This document shows positions 18,272 to 29,211 of a stretch of 64,000 bases of DNA, piece after piece (position 1 is the stretch's first letter; every line of letters begins with the position of its first letter). A program made the position numbers and the translations under genes. The DNA is from Candidatus Woesearchaeota archaeon (GTDB lineage: Archaea > Nanobdellota > Nanobdellia > Woesearchaeales > DSVV01). Below the pieces are notes generated by a model. The model had not been told where the DNA came from. It worked only from the letters and a program-made list of their open reading frames with translations, and did not search any database. The stretch is taken from the NCBI GenBank assembly GCA_016219865.1, contig JACRKF010000033.1, positions 123,954 to 187,953 on the forward strand. The letters are read 5' to 3'.

Positions 18272-19853
18272 AAGCAGCTATAGAGTTCTTTACTCCTCCA
18301 AAATGTCTTTGAATATTATGTTGATTATTATTAATATTATTATTTATGGTGGTATTACTATAAAAATCTAATCTCTTTTGCTGCGCAATATCATCAAAGA
18401 AAGGTATTTTTACAGGAGTTGCAAATTTCAAGAAAGTGCTGCTGATGATAGCTTCTCCTTTGTCAAGGCTTGCAATTGTTCTATTATCATCACTTAAATC
18501 TTGTGCTGAGGATTCTATTATTGCTTGTCTTTCAGGAGCCATTTCAATGCCTAGAATTATTTTAGTATTCATATTTGCTAAAATCTCTCTTGGAATTTGT
18601 GAAGGTATTTGTGTTATTGCAAGCAATCCCACTTTAAATTTTCTTCCTTCTCTTGCAATTGTAGAAAATATATTTCCTATCTGCGCCATCTCTTTTCCTA
18701 AAACACGTGGAGCTTCTTCAATAACTACAGAAATCACAGGTTTTGTTTCTAGTATTCCATCAATCTTATATCGTTTATATCGTGAGAATATCTCAGTTGC
18801 AAACAAAGATCCAAGCAATATCTCAACATTGCTGCTAAACAATGAAGTATCTATAATAACTTTACAACTTTTTTCGAGTTTATTGCAAACATCTCCTACT
18901 GTAGTTTTGCCGCTGTCCATATCAAAGATACCTTGAGAGGATACTTGTTGATCTTTAACTTTTAAGTCAAGTATTTGCATTAACTTTCTACGCACAACAG
19001 CTAATGTCATTTCGTGATAATCTTTATTCTCATCATCTTTGTTTTTCGATAACAATAATGCTTCAATCCATTGTTCTTTATGTTGTTTATAATAACTATA
19101 AATTGCTTCTTTCTGCGGATCACTCCAAGAAACAATACCATTGAAATGAGAGGGTTTTAATGTTGAAATATGAATTCTTAAGCTATACGCTCCAGCAGGA
19201 GGATTATAAGGTGTGTAATAATGTACTTTATCTTTCATTGCATGATTCTTTAGTCCAAGTTTATTTCTTCCATAATATTCATCATGTGGGTCTAAGATTA
19301 AAATACCGCAGTACTCTTTATCTATGCTGTCATATAGCAAACATGATGTTAAGTTACTTTTTCCTTTTCCAGTGGATGAAACAATAAGAATATGTTCACT
19401 AAACGTTTTTTCTCCATCTAATACAATCTCTAAATCAATTATTTTATTTCCAGAACGTAATTTTCCAATGCGCAATCTTTTTTCAGGATTTCTTAACATA
19501 GAAAAATCTTCTTTTGCAATTTCCCGAACATCACTAAAAAAAAGAGGTAATTCTTTGCATAATGAAACTTTATTACTTTGGAGCTGCACAAGATTCTTTG
19601 CAAAAGCTAATGTGTAATTTCTCAGTTCCTGCTCGAAGAAATCAACGTCAGCATTCTTCTCTAATTGCATGCCAGATATCAGTTCAAGATTTTGCTGTGA
19701 TAATTGACTTGCATAAGTTAAATCATATACTTGCAGCAATATCTTTTCTTTACCACTTACTAAAAGCTCGCCAAGTTGAATATTCTCTTCTTGTTTCTGA
19801 CGAATAATAACTTTATTAAAACTTCCTCCAATAATCTTTCCTTTGATATTCAT
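18243..19853 (-). CDS. herA: HerA helicase/translocase
   Basis: N-terminal HAS-barrel-like region, [31 protein letters not shown]. Confidence 0.85.
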   Translation of the reverse strand: MNIKGKIIGGSFNKVIIRQKQEENIQLGELLVSGKEKILLQVYDLTYASQLSQQNLELISGMQLEKNADVDFFEQELRNYTLAFAKNLVQLQSNKVSLCKELPLFFSDVREIAKEDFSMLRNPEKRLRIGKLRSGNKIIDLEIVLDGEKTFSEHILIVSSTGKGKSNLTSCLLYDSIDKEYCGILILDPHDEYYGRNKLGLKNHAMKDKVHYYTPYNPPAGAYSLRIHISTLKPSHFNGIVSWSDPQKEAIYSYYKQHKEQWIEALLLSKNKDDENKDYHEMTLAVVRRKLMQILDLKVKDQQVSSQGIFDMDSGKTTVGDVCNKLEKSCKVIIDTSLFSSNVEILLGSLFATEIFSRYKRYKIDGILETKPVISVVIEEAPRVLGKEMAQIGNIFSTIAREGRKFKVGLLAITQIPSQIPREILANMNTKIILGIEMAPERQAIIESSAQDLSDDNRTIASLDKGEAIISSTFLKFATPVKIPFFDDIAQQKRLDFYSNTTINNNINNNQHNIQRHFGGVKNSIAAYDEKTKPTQ

Positions 19854-19989
19854 AACATTGGTGATGTCTATGTGGTATTTAAATCAAACTAAATTTATTT
19901 TTACATAATTCTTACTATCACTTAGTTACTAACAAGTATCTACTCATTAATAGAAAATTATTTAAAGCATAATCATTTCCCAAGAAACG

Positions 19990-20916
19990 ATGAAGGAACA
20001 AATCAATAGGTTAAAACTGGAATTAGAGCATCTTGATAGAGCATATAAAGCAGGAATCATGAAAGAGAAAGAGTTCTCAGATAATAAGGCCGCAATTGAA
20101 AAGAAGATAAAAAAACTTGAGCAGAAAATGCATAATGATGAACAGTCAAGAAAGATAATTTCCGATATATTAGATGAAAAACCAAAAGAAAAGAAAATTC
20201 TAAAACCTATAAAAAAGAACGTTCAATTTGCATCAGAATCAGTAGTTATAAACGAAGATTCTAAAATGCAAGAAAACAAAGAAAGAACAGTAAAACATCG
20301 CACTGTGAAACAGCAAGAAGATTTAAATTTAGATGGTTGGAGTATTGCTGTATATATTCTAACTATATTATTCATTATGATTTTATTATTTTTTTCATAT
20401 AAATATACACAAAATGCGCAAATCACTGGAAAACAAGTTACTATCTATGAATATTCTGATTATGCTTGTGAATACTGTAAACAGGTGCAGCCAACATTAA
20501 AGCAATTAAAAGAATACTACAAAGATAATATCAGAATCATTCATAAAAACTTTCCATTAGAAGAATTAAATCCTGGTGCAACATTTGCATCTGAAGTAGC
20601 AGAATGCGCAAATAAACAAGGAAGATTTCAATACTATGAGAAAGAATTATATGAACGACAAAACTTTTTAAAAAATGTTTCTTATGACCCTGGTGAATTG
20701 CAGGATATTGCTTCAGATTTAAGTTTAAATATGGATCTATTCAAGGCATGTCAAAAAAGCCATGAAACAAATATTAATATATTGCAAGATATTGAAGAAG
20801 GAAAATCAAAAGGTGTTATCTCAACACCAACTTTTTTTATAGGCAATACAAAATTAGTTGGCGCGCAATCATTTGAAGTTTTTAAATATTACATAGAGAT
20901 TGAAAGAAAAAGATAA
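19990..20916 (+). CDS. Membrane-anchored DsbA-like thioredoxin-fold protein
   Basis: EYSDYACEYC, HKNFPL, STPTFFI; TM after an N-terminal coiled coil. Confidence 0.85.
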   Translation: MKEQINRLKLELEHLDRAYKAGIMKEKEFSDNKAAIEKKIKKLEQKMHNDEQSRKIISDILDEKPKEKKILKPIKKNVQFASESVVINEDSKMQENKERTVKHRTVKQQEDLNLDGWSIAVYILTILFIMILLFFSYKYTQNAQITGKQVTIYEYSDYACEYCKQVQPTLKQLKEYYKDNIRIIHKNFPLEELNPGATFASEVAECANKQGRFQYYEKELYERQNFLKNVSYDPGELQDIASDLSLNMDLFKACQKSHETNINILQDIEEGKSKGVISTPTFFIGNTKLVGAQSFEVFKYYIEIERKR

Positions 20917-20995
20917 AGCAATTTTCCCATTAGGCTGTTCCCATTAAACCGGATTACCTAATTTTAGAGAATTTTGCAAAGCAAAATTCTCTATT

Positions 20996-21595
20996 CTAAT
21001 AATGTGGATCATCAAAACCAAGTGGTGGTGCAAATTGTCTTTTCTGTTCAAATGATGTTAAATCCATCTGTCTTTTTACAAATTCTTGAAATTTATAGGC
21101 ATCTTTTAATGCTTCCTTTTTCTGTCCTTCTATTCTTTTATGATAGATTCTTTTATAGAATACATCAAGTATACTTCCCCAAATTGGTCCTGAGAACATA
21201 TGCTTAAAATCAATAGCAAGTTTCAATTGCACAAGAATTTCTACTTTTCCAGAATTTGCTTTAAATTTCTGATTATTTCTGACAATTTCAACTTCTTTCA
21301 TACCAACCCCATGTATATCAACTATTAACTTTCTTTTAAAGAAATCAGAACTATGTTCTATTTTATTGCAGCGCCACCATACCCAAATCTCTCTTCCACC
21401 TTGCTGTGTGCGAGATTCAAAATAAAATGTTTCAGGGAAACCAGCGTTTTTATCATATTTATCACCGTCAAAACTAGCGTATTTCTCATGAAATAAATAA
21501 TCATGTAAAGAAATATAAAACTCATTCAAATTAATAACATCAGTTGCTTTCACTTCAAACTTTGCTATTAATATATCGTGTGGATCTGAGCTCAT
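20996..21595 (-). CDS. Hypothetical protein
   Basis: 199-aa ORF with normal composition; TATA-like tttataaa upstream. Confidence 0.65.
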   Translation of the reverse strand: MSSDPHDILIAKFEVKATDVINLNEFYISLHDYLFHEKYASFDGDKYDKNAGFPETFYFESRTQQGGREIWVWWRCNKIEHSSDFFKRKLIVDIHGVGMKEVEIVRNNQKFKANSGKVEILVQLKLAIDFKHMFSGPIWGSILDVFYKRIYHKRIEGQKKEALKDAYKFQEFVKRQMDLTSFEQKRQFAPPLGFDDPHY

Positions 21596-21707
21596 AGTTT
21601 TTATGTAGTATTCAGATTTATAAAGCTTTTTATAGTAATCAATTTTCCTTATTAGAAAATTAGTTACAAATCATTTATTGTCAAATAATAATTATGAGGT
21701 GCAAACT

Positions 21708-22907
21708 ATGTTTATAGGAGTTGTCGGAAAACCATCCACTGGGAAATCAACATTTTTCAAAGCTGCAACATTAGCGGAAGTTGAGATTGCTAACTATCCT
21801 TTTACAACTATTAAACCAAATCACGCTGTTGGCTTTGTTAAGGTAAAAGATGTCGCAGTGGAATTTGGAAAAGTTTCTAATCCAAGAGAAGGATATTGTT
21901 TGCAAGGTTTTAGATTTATTCCTGTTGACCTTATGGATGTTGCAGGATTAGTTCCTGGTGCGCATGAAGGTTTAGGCATGGGCAATCAGTTTCTTGATGA
22001 TTTAAGGCAAGCAGACGCATTAATGCATATTGTTGATGCTTCAGGAAGTGTCAATGAAAAAGGAGAGCCAGTTCCTATTGGAAGTTATGATCCATTAAAT
22101 GATGTTAGATTCTTAGAAAAAGAGTTAGATATGTGGTACTTAGGCATTCTCAAAAAAGGCTGGGAACGATTTGCTAGGCAAATTATGCAGGAAAAGACAG
22201 ATATTTCAAAAGCATTAGCAAAACAATTATCCGGATTAAGGGTAAATGAAGATATGGTTGAAGCAGTATTAAGAGAATTAAAAATACCAAAAGAAAAACC
22301 AATTGAATGGAATGAGGAAATACTTTTCTCAATAGCGCAATTATTAAGAAAGAAAACAAAACCAATGCTTATTGCTGCAAACAAGATAGATATTCCTGTT
22401 GCAAAAGAAAACATTGAACGTTTAAAACAGCAATTTCCAGAATATATTATTATTCCAATCAGCGCAGAGTCAGAATTAGCATTGCGTGAAGCAGCAAAGC
22501 ATCAATTAATTAATTATGTGCCAGGTGATGCTTCTTTCGAAATCTCCAATCCTGAGAAACTCTCTGAAAAACAAAAAAAAGCTTTAGAATTCATCAAAAA
22601 GAACATCATTGAGAAATATGGTTCTACAGGAGTGCAGCAAGTAATCAATGAAGCTGTTTTTAGTTTATTGCAGTATGTTGCAATATTTCCAGGCGGTGTT
22701 AACAAATTAGAAGATTCCAAAGGAAATGTAATTCCTGATTGTTTTTTAATGCCGCCGCAAACAACTGCATTAAGCTTTGCTTTTCGGTTGCATACAGACT
22801 TTGGTAATAAATTCATCTGCGCAAAAGACGTCAGAACAAAGAGAACAATTGGCAGAGAACATGTGTTAAAGAGTTTAGATATTGTTGAGATAGTGAGTGG
22901 GAAGTAG
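21708..22907 (+). CDS. ychF: Archaeal YchF/Obg-family translation-associated NTPase
   Basis: GKPSTGKST, YPFTTI, DVAGLV, NKID, C-terminal TGS domain. Confidence 0.92.
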   Translation: MFIGVVGKPSTGKSTFFKAATLAEVEIANYPFTTIKPNHAVGFVKVKDVAVEFGKVSNPREGYCLQGFRFIPVDLMDVAGLVPGAHEGLGMGNQFLDDLRQADALMHIVDASGSVNEKGEPVPIGSYDPLNDVRFLEKELDMWYLGILKKGWERFARQIMQEKTDISKALAKQLSGLRVNEDMVEAVLRELKIPKEKPIEWNEEILFSIAQLLRKKTKPMLIAANKIDIPVAKENIERLKQQFPEYIIIPISAESELALREAAKHQLINYVPGDASFEISNPEKLSEKQKKALEFIKKNIIEKYGSTGVQQVINEAVFSLLQYVAIFPGGVNKLEDSKGNVIPDCFLMPPQTTALSFAFRLHTDFGNKFICAKDVRTKRTIGREHVLKSLDIVEIVSGK

Positions 22908-23095
22908 AAAATTTCTTTTAGAAATTTTCTACAAAATTAACTGTGATTACTGTTTCAATTTAACTATAAACAGCACTTTTATTATTCATTAAGCTCACTT
23001 TTTCCACCTTCCAACTTACCTTACTATTGTAGTTAATCTCTTTCGTAGCCTGAGATAGTATTTTGTTGATTTGTCGCAACAAATCCACAAAATAC

Positions 23096-23470
23096 TTATT
23101 TTTCAAGATTCCTCTTAAACGTCTGCGCTATATCTATCATATACTTTCCATCTTCTAACTTATAAATTACAGGCTTTTCTTTATTAAAAAGATTAACTAA
23201 GTCTATCTCAAACTTTCCAGGTTCTACAATTCTTACTGATTCAAAATCAAGGATAACTGGTTCTGTATCAGTTAAATCAAGAATATCAGATATTTGTTCT
23301 TCAACTTCTTGTCGTTGTTGTTCAGAAAGATCTTTTGTAGCTGTCCTCATCTTTTCTATCTGATCCCGCTTAACATAAAAAAACAGCTTGCATCCGCAGC
23401 TGCAACCTTTCAGAATTTCATTTGATCCATCAGAATATAACACATTACATCGTACGCATTGGTGTGGCAT
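23096..23470 (-). CDS. oapC: OapC/ArvC Zn-ribbon protein (DUF2072)
   Basis: MPHQCVRC...GCSCGCKLFFY, ESVRIVEPGKFEIDL. Confidence 0.88.
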   Translation of the reverse strand: MPHQCVRCNVLYSDGSNEILKGCSCGCKLFFYVKRDQIEKMRTATKDLSEQQRQEVEEQISDILDLTDTEPVILDFESVRIVEPGKFEIDLVNLFNKEKPVIYKLEDGKYMIDIAQTFKRNLEK

Positions 23471-23571
23471 TGAAAAACCTCATTACCTTTTTATTTCTTT
23501 GTCCTGTAAATTTTCTTATTGTCCGGATTGCCTAATCTAATAAAAAATAGATATTTCGTATTTCGAAATGT

Positions 23572-23979
23572 CTATTTTTTATTTCTTTTTGATACTTTCC
23601 TGCTTTTTTGTTCATTGATTGTTGTATAAAGATCAATCTTATGCGGATCTTGTTTAATTTCCTTGACAACGCTCGCTGGGCCAATGATTGTTAATCCGCG
23701 TCTATTTCCAAGAAGTGCATTAATTAATTTTAGCCTTAATCGCTTAAACATAGCATCATCATTTTGTTCAGGATATAACACTGCTAATTCAATACCCCTA
23801 AAGTCTTGATTAATGCTCTTCATTGTTTTTTTGATAAGTGCAGCAGATTCTTCTTTATGCAATGTTCCTTCGACAAGCGCAATCTTATTTTCCTTTACAA
23901 TTGAAAGTAACTTTCCAACTCTTTCATCTGAAGATAATGATTCTATTTCAGTAAATGGAATAAATTGCAGTGTTAGCAT
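23572..23979 (-). CDS. oapB: OapB/ArvB (DUF2073)
   Basis: LIKKTM..I..DFRGIE and GLTIIGPA motifs; lies between oapA and oapC. Confidence 0.85.
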   Translation of the reverse strand: MLTLQFIPFTEIESLSSDERVGKLLSIVKENKIALVEGTLHKEESAALIKKTMKSINQDFRGIELAVLYPEQNDDAMFKRLRLKLINALLGNRRGLTIIGPASVVKEIKQDPHKIDLYTTINEQKSRKVSKRNKK

Positions 23980-23985
23980 TACATA

Positions 23986-24618
23986 TCACCCTGCTAATAC
24001 AAATAATGCTTCATAGAACTCATCAATATTATTCCCGTGCTTTGCTGATATTCCAACAACATCATATTGTGGAAAAGCAGCTTTTATTTTATTTAGATCT
24101 GATTTTTTAAGGTCTATTTTATTGGCCACAATTAATACAGGAATTTTTCGTGCCTGAAGATTACCTATAATTGTAATATTTACTTGTGAATATGGATTAA
24201 TCGTAGAATCAAGCACAACTAATACAACATCCATTGTATCAAGCCATGTGATAGAATCAATTACACCTTTTGTTGCCTCTTTTGCTCGTTCTTTTGCATC
24301 TCTTACAGTAAATCCATGTTTTAAGAAGTCTTCATAATCAATTTTAGTAGCAATTCCAGGTGTATCAACAAAGTTAAACATCAGTTCTTTGCCTTGAGAA
24401 CGGATTGTAACATTTTCTTTTATAGTAATTTCTCGTGTTTCATGTGCAACATTTGAAACAGAACCCATTTCTTCTCCTAACCAATCTTTGCATATTCTAT
24501 TAGCTAATGTTGTCTTTCCACCATTAGGAGGTCCATAAAAGCCAACTTTTAATATTTTTCTAGAACTAAAGATATCTCTAAATATTTTATTTACAAACCT
24601 CTTTATTATCTGCAACAT
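23986..24618 (-). CDS. oapA: OapA/ArvA small GTPase
   Basis: GPPNGGKTTLANRI, HETR, DTPG, NKID, ISA. Confidence 0.9.
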   Translation of the reverse strand: MLQIIKRFVNKIFRDIFSSRKILKVGFYGPPNGGKTTLANRICKDWLGEEMGSVSNVAHETREITIKENVTIRSQGKELMFNFVDTPGIATKIDYEDFLKHGFTVRDAKERAKEATKGVIDSITWLDTMDVVLVVLDSTINPYSQVNITIIGNLQARKIPVLIVANKIDLKKSDLNKIKAAFPQYDVVGISAKHGNNIDEFYEALFVLAG

Positions 24619-24697
24619 AAATAATCAGATTGTGTGTTTATTTATATAATTTTCGAAAAACGAAGAATTTATAAAAATAAAGAATAATAAAATTAGT

Positions 24698-25258
24698 ATG
24701 GTTGATGAAAATCAAATTATTGATGAAAAAGTAAAATGTGATATTATAGCAGTTCTTGATAAACTTATAATTAAATTACAGAGAAAAGACACTAAAGATT
24801 TAGGTAATATTAGTAATGAAATTATTCATTGTGCTTCTGTTTTTCAGGATGTTCATTCTGTTTCAATTGCAGTTGTTGCTTATGCATTATATAAAATAGT
24901 GGAACGTGAAAATAATATTGATCCGCAATATATTACTCGATTGATAAGAGCAAGAAATTACCTCAATAAATATAGGATAGAAAAGTTCAATAGAGAAATA
25001 AACAAGCTCACAAAAGAGATGACTAGAAAAGATAAACAAATTAGTGCTTATATAAGGCATGTTTTTAATGAAGCTGAAATTAAAAAAGGAAGTAAGATCT
25101 ATGATCACGGAATTTCACTAGCGCAAACAGCAAAATTACTTAACATTTCTCAATGGGAGCTAATGAAATATATAGGTAAAACAAAAACTATAGACTTTCT
25201 TCCAGAGAAAATTGACGTTAAACAACGATTGCAATTCACAAGATTGCTATTCAAATAA
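24698..25258 (+). CDS. Hypothetical protein with probable C-terminal HTH
   Basis: GISLAQTAKLLNISQWELM HTH-like segment. Confidence 0.65.
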   Translation: MVDENQIIDEKVKCDIIAVLDKLIIKLQRKDTKDLGNISNEIIHCASVFQDVHSVSIAVVAYALYKIVERENNIDPQYITRLIRARNYLNKYRIEKFNREINKLTKEMTRKDKQISAYIRHVFNEAEIKKGSKIYDHGISLAQTAKLLNISQWELMKYIGKTKTIDFLPEKIDVKQRLQFTRLLFK

Positions 25259-25309
25259 TAACAAATAATAATAATAGTAAAATCATTATAATAAATAAGG
25301 TGTAAACAA

Positions 25310-26011
25310 ATGAAAACATTAGTATTTGATTCAGGTCCAATCATTAGTTTAACTATTAACAATTTACTTTGGATACTAGATCCATTAAAGAAAAAGTTTA
25401 ATGGTGAATTCATAATAACTCCTTCTGTATATCAAGAGGTTATTACACAGCCATTATCAACAAGAAAATATAAATTAGAAGCATTGCAAGTTTTACCTTA
25501 TATTAATAAGAAAACATTAGACATTTATTATAATAAATCTATTCAAGATTACGCGCAATATTTATTGGATCTAATAAATGGTTGTTTCAAAGCATTTGGT
25601 AATGATATTCAATTAGTGCATTTCGCAGAAATGGAAGTTGTTTCATGTGCAAAGTTTCTCAAAGCAGAAGCTATTGTAATTGATGAAAGAACTACTAGAA
25701 AACTCATTGAAGATCCAGAAGGCCATATGCGTTATTTAGAGAAAAAATTAGGTGCAAAGATAACAGTTGATAAAGAAAAATTTCAGAAGATGAAAGAAGA
25801 ATTAAAAGGTCTCAGAGTAATTCGTTCAATAGAATTAGCTGTTATTAGTTATGAATTAGGATTATATAAAGAATTTACATCTGCAAAAATCAAGCAGATG
25901 GACTTAAATAAAGCAGTTTTGGAAGGGGTGCTTTGGGGAATTAAGCTCAATGGCTGTTCTGTAAGAGAAGAAGAGATTAATGAGATTGTTAATTTAGAAT
26001 TAAAATCATAG
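25310..26011 (+). CDS. PIN-domain protein
   Basis: VFDSGPII...AEMEVV...IVIDER acidic PIN motifs. Confidence 0.75.
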   Translation: MKTLVFDSGPIISLTINNLLWILDPLKKKFNGEFIITPSVYQEVITQPLSTRKYKLEALQVLPYINKKTLDIYYNKSIQDYAQYLLDLINGCFKAFGNDIQLVHFAEMEVVSCAKFLKAEAIVIDERTTRKLIEDPEGHMRYLEKKLGAKITVDKEKFQKMKEELKGLRVIRSIELAVISYELGLYKEFTSAKIKQMDLNKAVLEGVLWGIKLNGCSVREEEINEIVNLELKS

Positions 26012-26215
26012 TTATTTCTTAGTCCTCACTTTCTTTGAAAGCTTTTTTGTTGTTTTGACAGTATTCTTTACATAGAATTCTTTCAACTTTTTTTCCTTAA
26101 GCTCTAAATCTTTATTTAAATCTAAGATCTCACTTTTAGTAAGAACATGCTTTCTTTCTTCATCTTTAGCTTTTCGCAACGACAACCACACCTTTATTGT
26201 ATGTAATAATCCCAT
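26012..26215 (-). CDS. Small basic hypothetical protein
   Basis: MGLLHTIKVWLSLRKAK... 67 aa; the longer track ORF runs into the tRNA promoter region. Confidence 0.45.
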   Translation of the reverse strand: MGLLHTIKVWLSLRKAKDEERKHVLTKSEILDLNKDLELKEKKLKEFYVKNTVKTTKKLSKKVRTKK

Positions 26216-26295
26216 AAAATCATATAGGGTTGATTGATATATAAATGTTGCTATGACAAAATTTATAAACATTTTACTTCTTCTTTGCAACAACT

Positions 26296-26368
26296 GCCTC
26301 CGTAGCTCAGCCAGCAGAGCGCGAGACCTGTAATCTCGAGGTCAAGGGTGCAATTCCCTTCGGAGGCT
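26296..26368 (+). tRNA. tRNA-Thr(TGT), atypical (C33; D-loop lacks GG)
   Basis: GCCTCCG/CGGAGGC acceptor, CGAGA-CCTGTAA-TCTCG anticodon arm, AAGGG-TGCAATT-CCCTT T arm, U73; TATA upstream. Confidence 0.85.
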
Positions 26369-26450
26369 TTTTTATCCTTTCATAAATTATATGTAATTGT
26401 TATATGTAATCATATGCATCTAAGAAGTACAACAATGTAGACGTGATATT

Positions 26451-26927
26451 ATGCCAGAATCAACCGCAGCAGAAATTGAACAGAAATATAATCAATTAGG
26501 TAAGAATTATTCTCTTCCTGTATTTAAAGAAATAGATAATCTATTTGAAATCTCAACTTTTCAGCATCATTCATTTCTTCTAAGAAATATTAGAAGAACT
26601 ATTTCTGAAAGGTTAGATCATTATGCAAAGATATTATCTGAACTATTGCAGCCAGAAGCAAATATGAAAGCTTTGCAAGAATCAAGCAGTTTTACAGAAA
26701 AAGAAAAACAAGAAATGCTTGTCTTATACAAACATCTTATGCATCTTTTTAGATTATCTCAACAGATTGAATTCTCGCAGAACGAAGAAAAAGATGCTGA
26801 ATATATAAACCTCATTTTTCAACAATGGCTTAGTATTAATACTCAATTCTTTAAATTATCTGAAAAATTAGCTGTTTCTTGGCAAAAGCAAGAAAAATGG
26901 GAAGAAGATATTATGTATATGGGATAA
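26451..26927 (+). CDS. Hypothetical helical protein
   Basis: 158-aa ORF. Confidence 0.65.
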   Translation: MPESTAAEIEQKYNQLGKNYSLPVFKEIDNLFEISTFQHHSFLLRNIRRTISERLDHYAKILSELLQPEANMKALQESSSFTEKEKQEMLVLYKHLMHLFRLSQQIEFSQNEEKDAEYINLIFQQWLSINTQFFKLSEKLAVSWQKQEKWEEDIMYMG

Positions 26928-27028
26928 TTTGTAATTATTGCCATTAAAACCAATAACTTTAAAAATAATTGCATTCATAAGAATCTCTAGAGAATTTTAC
27001 AAAGCAAAATTCTCTCTATTAAAAAAAG

Positions 27029-29170
27029 GTGAAACCAGTGAAAAAGAATTTTGTTGAAGAAATTGTTGATGATTGTAAAACATTAATGAAGTACAAATAT
27101 ACAACAATTTTCCTGCTTGTTCTTCCTTTGATAGTTGTCCTTTTTTTAGCAAATCTATCGTTGCAAATGCATAAATTTACTCCATCAATAGCTGTTTATG
27201 AAGAAATGAATGCAAATGCAACAGTGCAAAATAATTCAAGCATATTAAATAACTTTTATACAGATTTTACAGTTGTGGAATATAGTGCTAATGTTTCATG
27301 TATTAATACAATAATTGTTGGGAAACATGATGTTTGTATAATAATTCCCTTAAAACTGCAAAATATTCAAGAATTGCAGATTTATTTAACTTTAGATAAT
27401 TTTGAGCAAATTAAACCTTTTTTGCAGACATATACATTATCTCTTGGTTCAAATGGGAAAGATACAAAGACAGAAGTTACTGTTAACTTACTCACTAAAT
27501 TAGGTGGTTTAAAAGATCAATTAAGCAATCAATCTGCAAATCTTAATGCTATTGAGAGCGAATTAACACTTGCGCAGAGTAAGATTGATGAGTTAAAACA
27601 AGAATTAAGTAAAGTTGACATAAAATTTAGTGTTACAGATTTTAATGCAGATGATGTTAATAAAAAATCTGTTTCAGTATCAAATGAAGTTAATACTTTA
27701 AAGAAAAAAGGCAAAAAAGCTGTTGATACAGCTAAATCATCTTTTTCAGACATAGAAAAAAAAGTGAATGATCTCAATGTCTCTTCTGCAGAAAAAGATG
27801 CAATTAAAAAAATAATTAATTCAACAGATGCTGATTTATCCTCATTAGCGACAGAAATAGATGCGGATTTCGAAAATGCAAATAAAGATATTTCTTATGT
27901 TGTTAATAGCACTGATAAGATTAAATCAAGTTTATCAGACCTAAATAATAAAGTTGTTTCTTCTATGCAGGGTAAGCAATCATCATCATCTGCAGTTGGC
28001 AGTATTGCTTCAAGTATTAATTCTACTCTTGGGGCTGTTGCTATGGTTGATTCATATTTTGCTCAATTAAATGCAAATCTGCCGACTATTAAAGCAAATG
28101 CTCAATCAGAAAATACTTTAGTTGCAACCATGTTTAATAAAGTTGTTTCTAATAAAATAGCATATGAATTAATTATAATCTTTTCTTTTGTTATCTTATT
28201 TATGACATTATTTGTATCATCACTTTTATTAAAGATAAAACTTGCTGAAGAAAATGAATCTTTTATGAGAATGTTCTTTAATGTGTTAGTTACTGTGTTT
28301 ATTATTAATTGTGTTACTGCAATTATTCTTACAATAATTTATGGAATGGTAATAAATTGGAGTTTTATCTTTGTTTTCCATTTGTATATTGTATTAATAC
28401 TGGTATTTACTGTTTTATTTACATTATTTGGATGTTTAGTAGCTGCTCTAACTCATACAGAAGAAACTAATGCAATGGCAGTATTTTCATTACTTTCATT
28501 ATTTATTTTATTTTCTGACATGATTTTTGAGAAATACCATCTATTTACACAATATAATCCACTGCAGCTATTTACAGATAAAACTGCAAATACATTGCTA
28601 TTGCTGCAGCCATTTTTATCATCTGACTTGATAATAGTTGCAATATATATTATTTTCTTCTTTTTAATTGTTATTTTATTATCAGGAACAAAATATATCT
28701 TAAAACATCCGCAAGTCTCATTTTCATATGAGGCTGAACATCATCATACTACTCACAAATCTGAAAATAATGGGGTAAAGAATTCAAAAGAAGATGATGA
28801 TGTGTTAGATGAGTTAGAGAACATAGGCAAAGAAGAAGAAAAAGAGCATCATTATGCAAAAACTGAAGAACTATCAGTTGAGGATTTCACTAAAATCAAA
28901 TCAATTGCTAAGAATTCAAAAGAAAATGAAAAGAATATTGAGAAAGAAGAAGAAAAGAAAATTGTTCGTGTTCCTCTGCAGGAAGAAAAGAAACAAAAAA
29001 GATTTAAAGGAGCAGGAGATGACATAGTTGAAAAACTATCAATTGAAGGAGAAGTTCATGAATTATTAAGAAAAAATAAAAAATTAACAAAAAAAGAAAT
29101 CAGAAAAGTTCTTATAGAAGAGTATGATGAATCAGCAGTTGATGACGTTCTAAAAGAATTATTCAAATAA
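27029..29170 (+). CDS. ABC-2-type/YhgE-Pip-like membrane protein with extracellular coiled coil
   Basis: N-terminal TM, long heptad region, 5-6 C-terminal TMs with a YNP motif, acidic tail. Confidence 0.65.
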   Translation: MKPVKKNFVEEIVDDCKTLMKYKYTTIFLLVLPLIVVLFLANLSLQMHKFTPSIAVYEEMNANATVQNNSSILNNFYTDFTVVEYSANVSCINTIIVGKHDVCIIIPLKLQNIQELQIYLTLDNFEQIKPFLQTYTLSLGSNGKDTKTEVTVNLLTKLGGLKDQLSNQSANLNAIESELTLAQSKIDELKQELSKVDIKFSVTDFNADDVNKKSVSVSNEVNTLKKKGKKAVDTAKSSFSDIEKKVNDLNVSSAEKDAIKKIINSTDADLSSLATEIDADFENANKDISYVVNSTDKIKSSLSDLNNKVVSSMQGKQSSSSAVGSIASSINSTLGAVAMVDSYFAQLNANLPTIKANAQSENTLVATMFNKVVSNKIAYELIIIFSFVILFMTLFVSSLLLKIKLAEENESFMRMFFNVLVTVFIINCVTAIILTIIYGMVINWSFIFVFHLYIVLILVFTVLFTLFGCLVAALTHTEETNAMAVFSLLSLFILFSDMIFEKYHLFTQYNPLQLFTDKTANTLLLLQPFLSSDLIIVAIYIIFFFLIVILLSGTKYILKHPQVSFSYEAEHHHTTHKSENNGVKNSKEDDDVLDELENIGKEEEKEHHYAKTEELSVEDFTKIKSIAKNSKENEKNIEKEEEKKIVRVPLQEEKKQKRFKGAGDDIVEKLSIEGEVHELLRKNKKLTKKEIRKVLIEEYDESAVDDVLKELFK

Positions 29171-29211
29171 AAATACTAAACATTTTTAAGCAACTAGTGC
29201 CTAATCATTTT

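Noticed and set aside
24698-26011. VapBC toxin-antitoxin pair
   Set aside because: Both proteins are much larger than typical VapB/VapC and the genes do not overlap; kept only as HTH-like and PIN genes
26296-26368. tRNA-Tyr(GTA) reading
   Set aside because: The 7-nt loop centres on TGT, and G1-C72, C2-G71 and U73 fit Thr, whereas archaeal Tyr has C1-G72
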